Origin: Armatimonadia bacterium
GTDB taxonomy: Bacteria > Armatimonadota > Zipacnadia > Zipacnadales > UBA11051
Direction: 5' to 3'
NCBI GenBank assembly: GCA_039683575.1
Contig: JBDKRC010000159.1
Span: forward strand, 1 to 10,822
DNA: 10,822 nucleotides
Shown: positions 8,912-10,822 of the stretch, one piece after another
Layout: every line of letters starts with the position of its first letter
Position numbering within the stretch: the first letter of the stretch is position 1
The notes under the pieces: model-generated
Told to the model about the DNA's origin: nothing
Database searches by the model: none
Seen by the model: the letters and a program-made list of their open reading frames with translations, nothing else
Position numbers and translations under genes: made by a program

Positions 8912-10822
8912 TCAGCGTACCTGCAGTGGGGCGACGGCAGTGGTCTGCGTGCCCTCGTTGCCGATAGCCACAACGCGCACGAGGTAGGTCCCCGCGGGCA
9001 CTTTGCTCCCGGTGCGACTCTCACCATTCCAAACCAGCGAACTAACGCCCGCAGGCAGCTCCCGCTCCGCCAACTCCGCCACCACCCGCCCGGCGATGTT
9101 ACAGATAACCGTCCGTACGGTAGCCGCCGAGGAGAGGTTCACACTAACCTGCGCCCCGCCCGCCGTCGAAGCGGCCGCCACACTGACCGCCGCCGATGCC
9201 GCCGCCGGAGCCGTCTTGAACCAGTAGTTCTCGCCCCATCCCAGCACCCTCCCGCTCTTGCAGGTGATGCCTGGATCGAGGTTGACGCGATAATAGGTGT
9301 TCGGCAACAGCGGCACCTTCGGTCGCAGCTTCACCTTTCGCTCCGCCGTCACCCAAGTCATGATAGCCGGCACCACCTTCGTCGTCCCCAGCTTGATCTG
9401 CACCCGCGTAGTCACGGTGGCCTGCTGTACCGGCCAGCGGAAGCTGACAAACACACAGCTAGTCACCGGCACGTTGTAGGTCTTCGGCGCCGGCGCAATA
9501 CCGGCCATGCTGACGACGGTGACGCTGCTGCCGATCTTCCACGAACTATAGCTCGACCCGTCATACGCCTGCGCCCGCACCCTCCACGTGTCGCCAATCT
9601 TGACATTACTGGCGGCCAGCTTGTTGCCCGTATACCCCCACGCCTCCCACGTCCCATCTGCCTTCCTCTTCGACCACTGGTACTTGTAGGTCACTGCATC
9701 CCCATCCGCGTCAGTTGAGCCGGATGCGGTGCCACGGAGATCCTCCGGCCCAGGCGCCGCCGGGGCGATGGTTACTGCGGTGGGGGCAGTAGGGCGCGTA
9801 GTGACTCCAAGCGTGTCGCGTATGAACACGTCATAGGTACCGTTTGTGTCCCCGGCAACGAGATTGCTGGCCTCGGATTCGAACGCCACGTACCGCCCAT
9901 TCGCACTGATGGACGGGTACCCAGATGTACTGTCGCCCTGAGCGCCACCGGTGGCAACACTGACGCGGGTCGTCGTGCCTGTGGTGCGGTCATGTACGAA
10001 GACGTCATCGCGCTCATTTGTGTCTCCAGCCACCAGGTTGCTGCCCCAGCTGCTGAACGCCACGTACCGCCCATCAGCGCTGATGGAGGGGTCAAAGTTG
10101 TGACCGTTCGCCTGGGCGCCGCCGGTGGCGACACTGACCCGAGTTGTCGTGCCTGTGGTGCGGTCATGCAAGAACACGTCCTGGAAATCGCCGGTGTCCC
10201 CGGCGACCAAATTGCTGGCCTCGGATACGAACGCCACGTACCGCCCATCCGCGCTGATGGACGGGCGATCGCTGTCACCGTTCGCCTGGGCGCCGCCGGT
10301 GGCGACACTGACCCGGGTCGTGCTGCCCGTGGTGCAGTCATGCACGAACACGTCAGGGTAACAGTTGGTGTCCCCGGCGACCAGATTCCTGGCCCGGGAG
10401 TAGAACGCCACGTACCGCCCATTCGCGCTGATGGACGAGTCAAAGCTCTTGTCGTCCCCCTGGGCGCCACCGGTGGCGACACTGACCCGGGTCGTCGTGC
10501 CTGTGGTGCGGTCATGCACGAACACGTCGCCATCCCCGTTGGTGTCCCCGGCGACCAGATTGCTGGCCCAGGATTAGAACGCCACGTACCGCCCATCCGC
10601 GCTGATGGACGGGTTATTGCTGTCATAGTTCGCCTGTTCGCCGCCGGTGGCGACACTAACCCGGGTCGTCGTGCCTGTGGTGCGGTCATGCACGAACACG
10701 TCGGGACTCCGGTTGGTGTCCCCGGCGACCAGATTACTGGCACAGGATTCGAAAGCCACGTACCGCCCATCCGCGCTGATGGACGGGTTACCGCTGTGAC
10801 GGTTCGCCTGGGCGCCGCCGGT
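8912..10822 (-). pseudogene. Paralog B (5' end outside window): same propeller-Ig-Big_5-FlgD architecture, interrupted by one in-frame TAA at 10574-10576
   Basis: ORFs 10574-10759 and 8912-10525 share a frame; read-through gives YVAF*SWASNLVAGDTNGDGDVFVHDR. The frame is open to the window edge and colinear with paralog A at offset 2358. Confidence 0.85.
9818..10822 (-). repeat. Six visible 174-bp blade repeats of paralog B (colinear with blades 2-7 of A)
   Basis: GCCACGTACCGCCC recurs at 174-bp period (e.g. 10581 and 10755); same consensus as in A. Confidence 0.95.

Larger units (their letters stand above)
6503..10822. repeat. Tandem gene-scale direct duplication, period 2358 bp, including the terminator
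   Basis: 6554 aligns with 8912, 6503 with 8861 and 7441 with 9799. The C-terminal ~300 aa differ at about 25 residues by manual count. Confidence 0.92.

Noticed and set aside
6554-10525. ORFs 6554-7645 and 8912-10525 as independent genes starting at GTG
   Set aside because: Both starts are the internal D-V-F valine of a blade, downstream of the premature stops, and would give products with no signal peptide. Re-initiation cannot be fully excluded for 10525, which has GGGGA 7 nt upstream.
7688-10576. Stop-codon reassignment or pyrrolysine read-through explaining the in-frame stops
   Set aside because: The two internal stops differ (TAG and TAA), five other genes here end normally at TAG, and no pyl genes or suppressor tRNA are visible.
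7414-10770. Long alternative-frame and antisense ORFs (7414-7833, 7460-8218, 7758-8435, 7849-8646, 8759-9718, 9772-10770)
   Set aside because: Shadow frames of a GC-rich repeat that happens to lack stops; Pro/Arg/Ser-rich translations with no independent signals.
7460-10822. CRISPR array (conserved repeats alternating with variable bits)
   Set aside because: The period is 174 bp and in-frame coding, the variable parts are single codons rather than 30-40 bp spacers, and there are no cas genes.
1-10822. A complete DGR, integrase, transposase or RNA gene within the window
   Set aside because: No reverse transcriptase motif-bearing ORF, non-coding template repeat, recombinase, terminal inverted repeats or tRNA/rRNA-like sequence was recognised.

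Overview
High-GC bacterial window; the gene architectures (secreted CBM-like, PD40 and Ig/FlgD-tailed proteins) resemble Armatimonadota or similar lineages, which is inference only. Left to right: (1) a visibly lower-GC, coupled two-gene minus-strand unit (926-2095 unknown protein; 43-957 protein with a PD-(D/E)xK-like N-terminus), a candidate defence module; (2) three plus-strand genes: a secreted tandem CBM4/9-like protein, a B12-binding radical SAM enzyme and a TolB/PD40 lipoprotein; (3) a 2358-bp-period tandem duplication of a minus-strand gene (signal peptide, seven 58-aa beta-propeller blades, Ig-like, Big_5-like and FlgD-Ig-like tail; the second copy runs off the window). The ORF track splits each copy in two, but each is one reading frame broken by a single in-frame stop (TAG 7688-7690; TAA 10574-10576). 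Both stops sit in hypervariable codons of the blade repeat. Those codons vary mainly at bases 1-2 while base 3 is largely retained, and some blades carry patches of divergent synonymous codons. This suggests a diversified propeller-binder repertoire generated by targeted mutagenesis (DGR-like) and/or cassette gene conversion. No reverse transcriptase or template repeat is visible in the window, so the mechanism is unproven.
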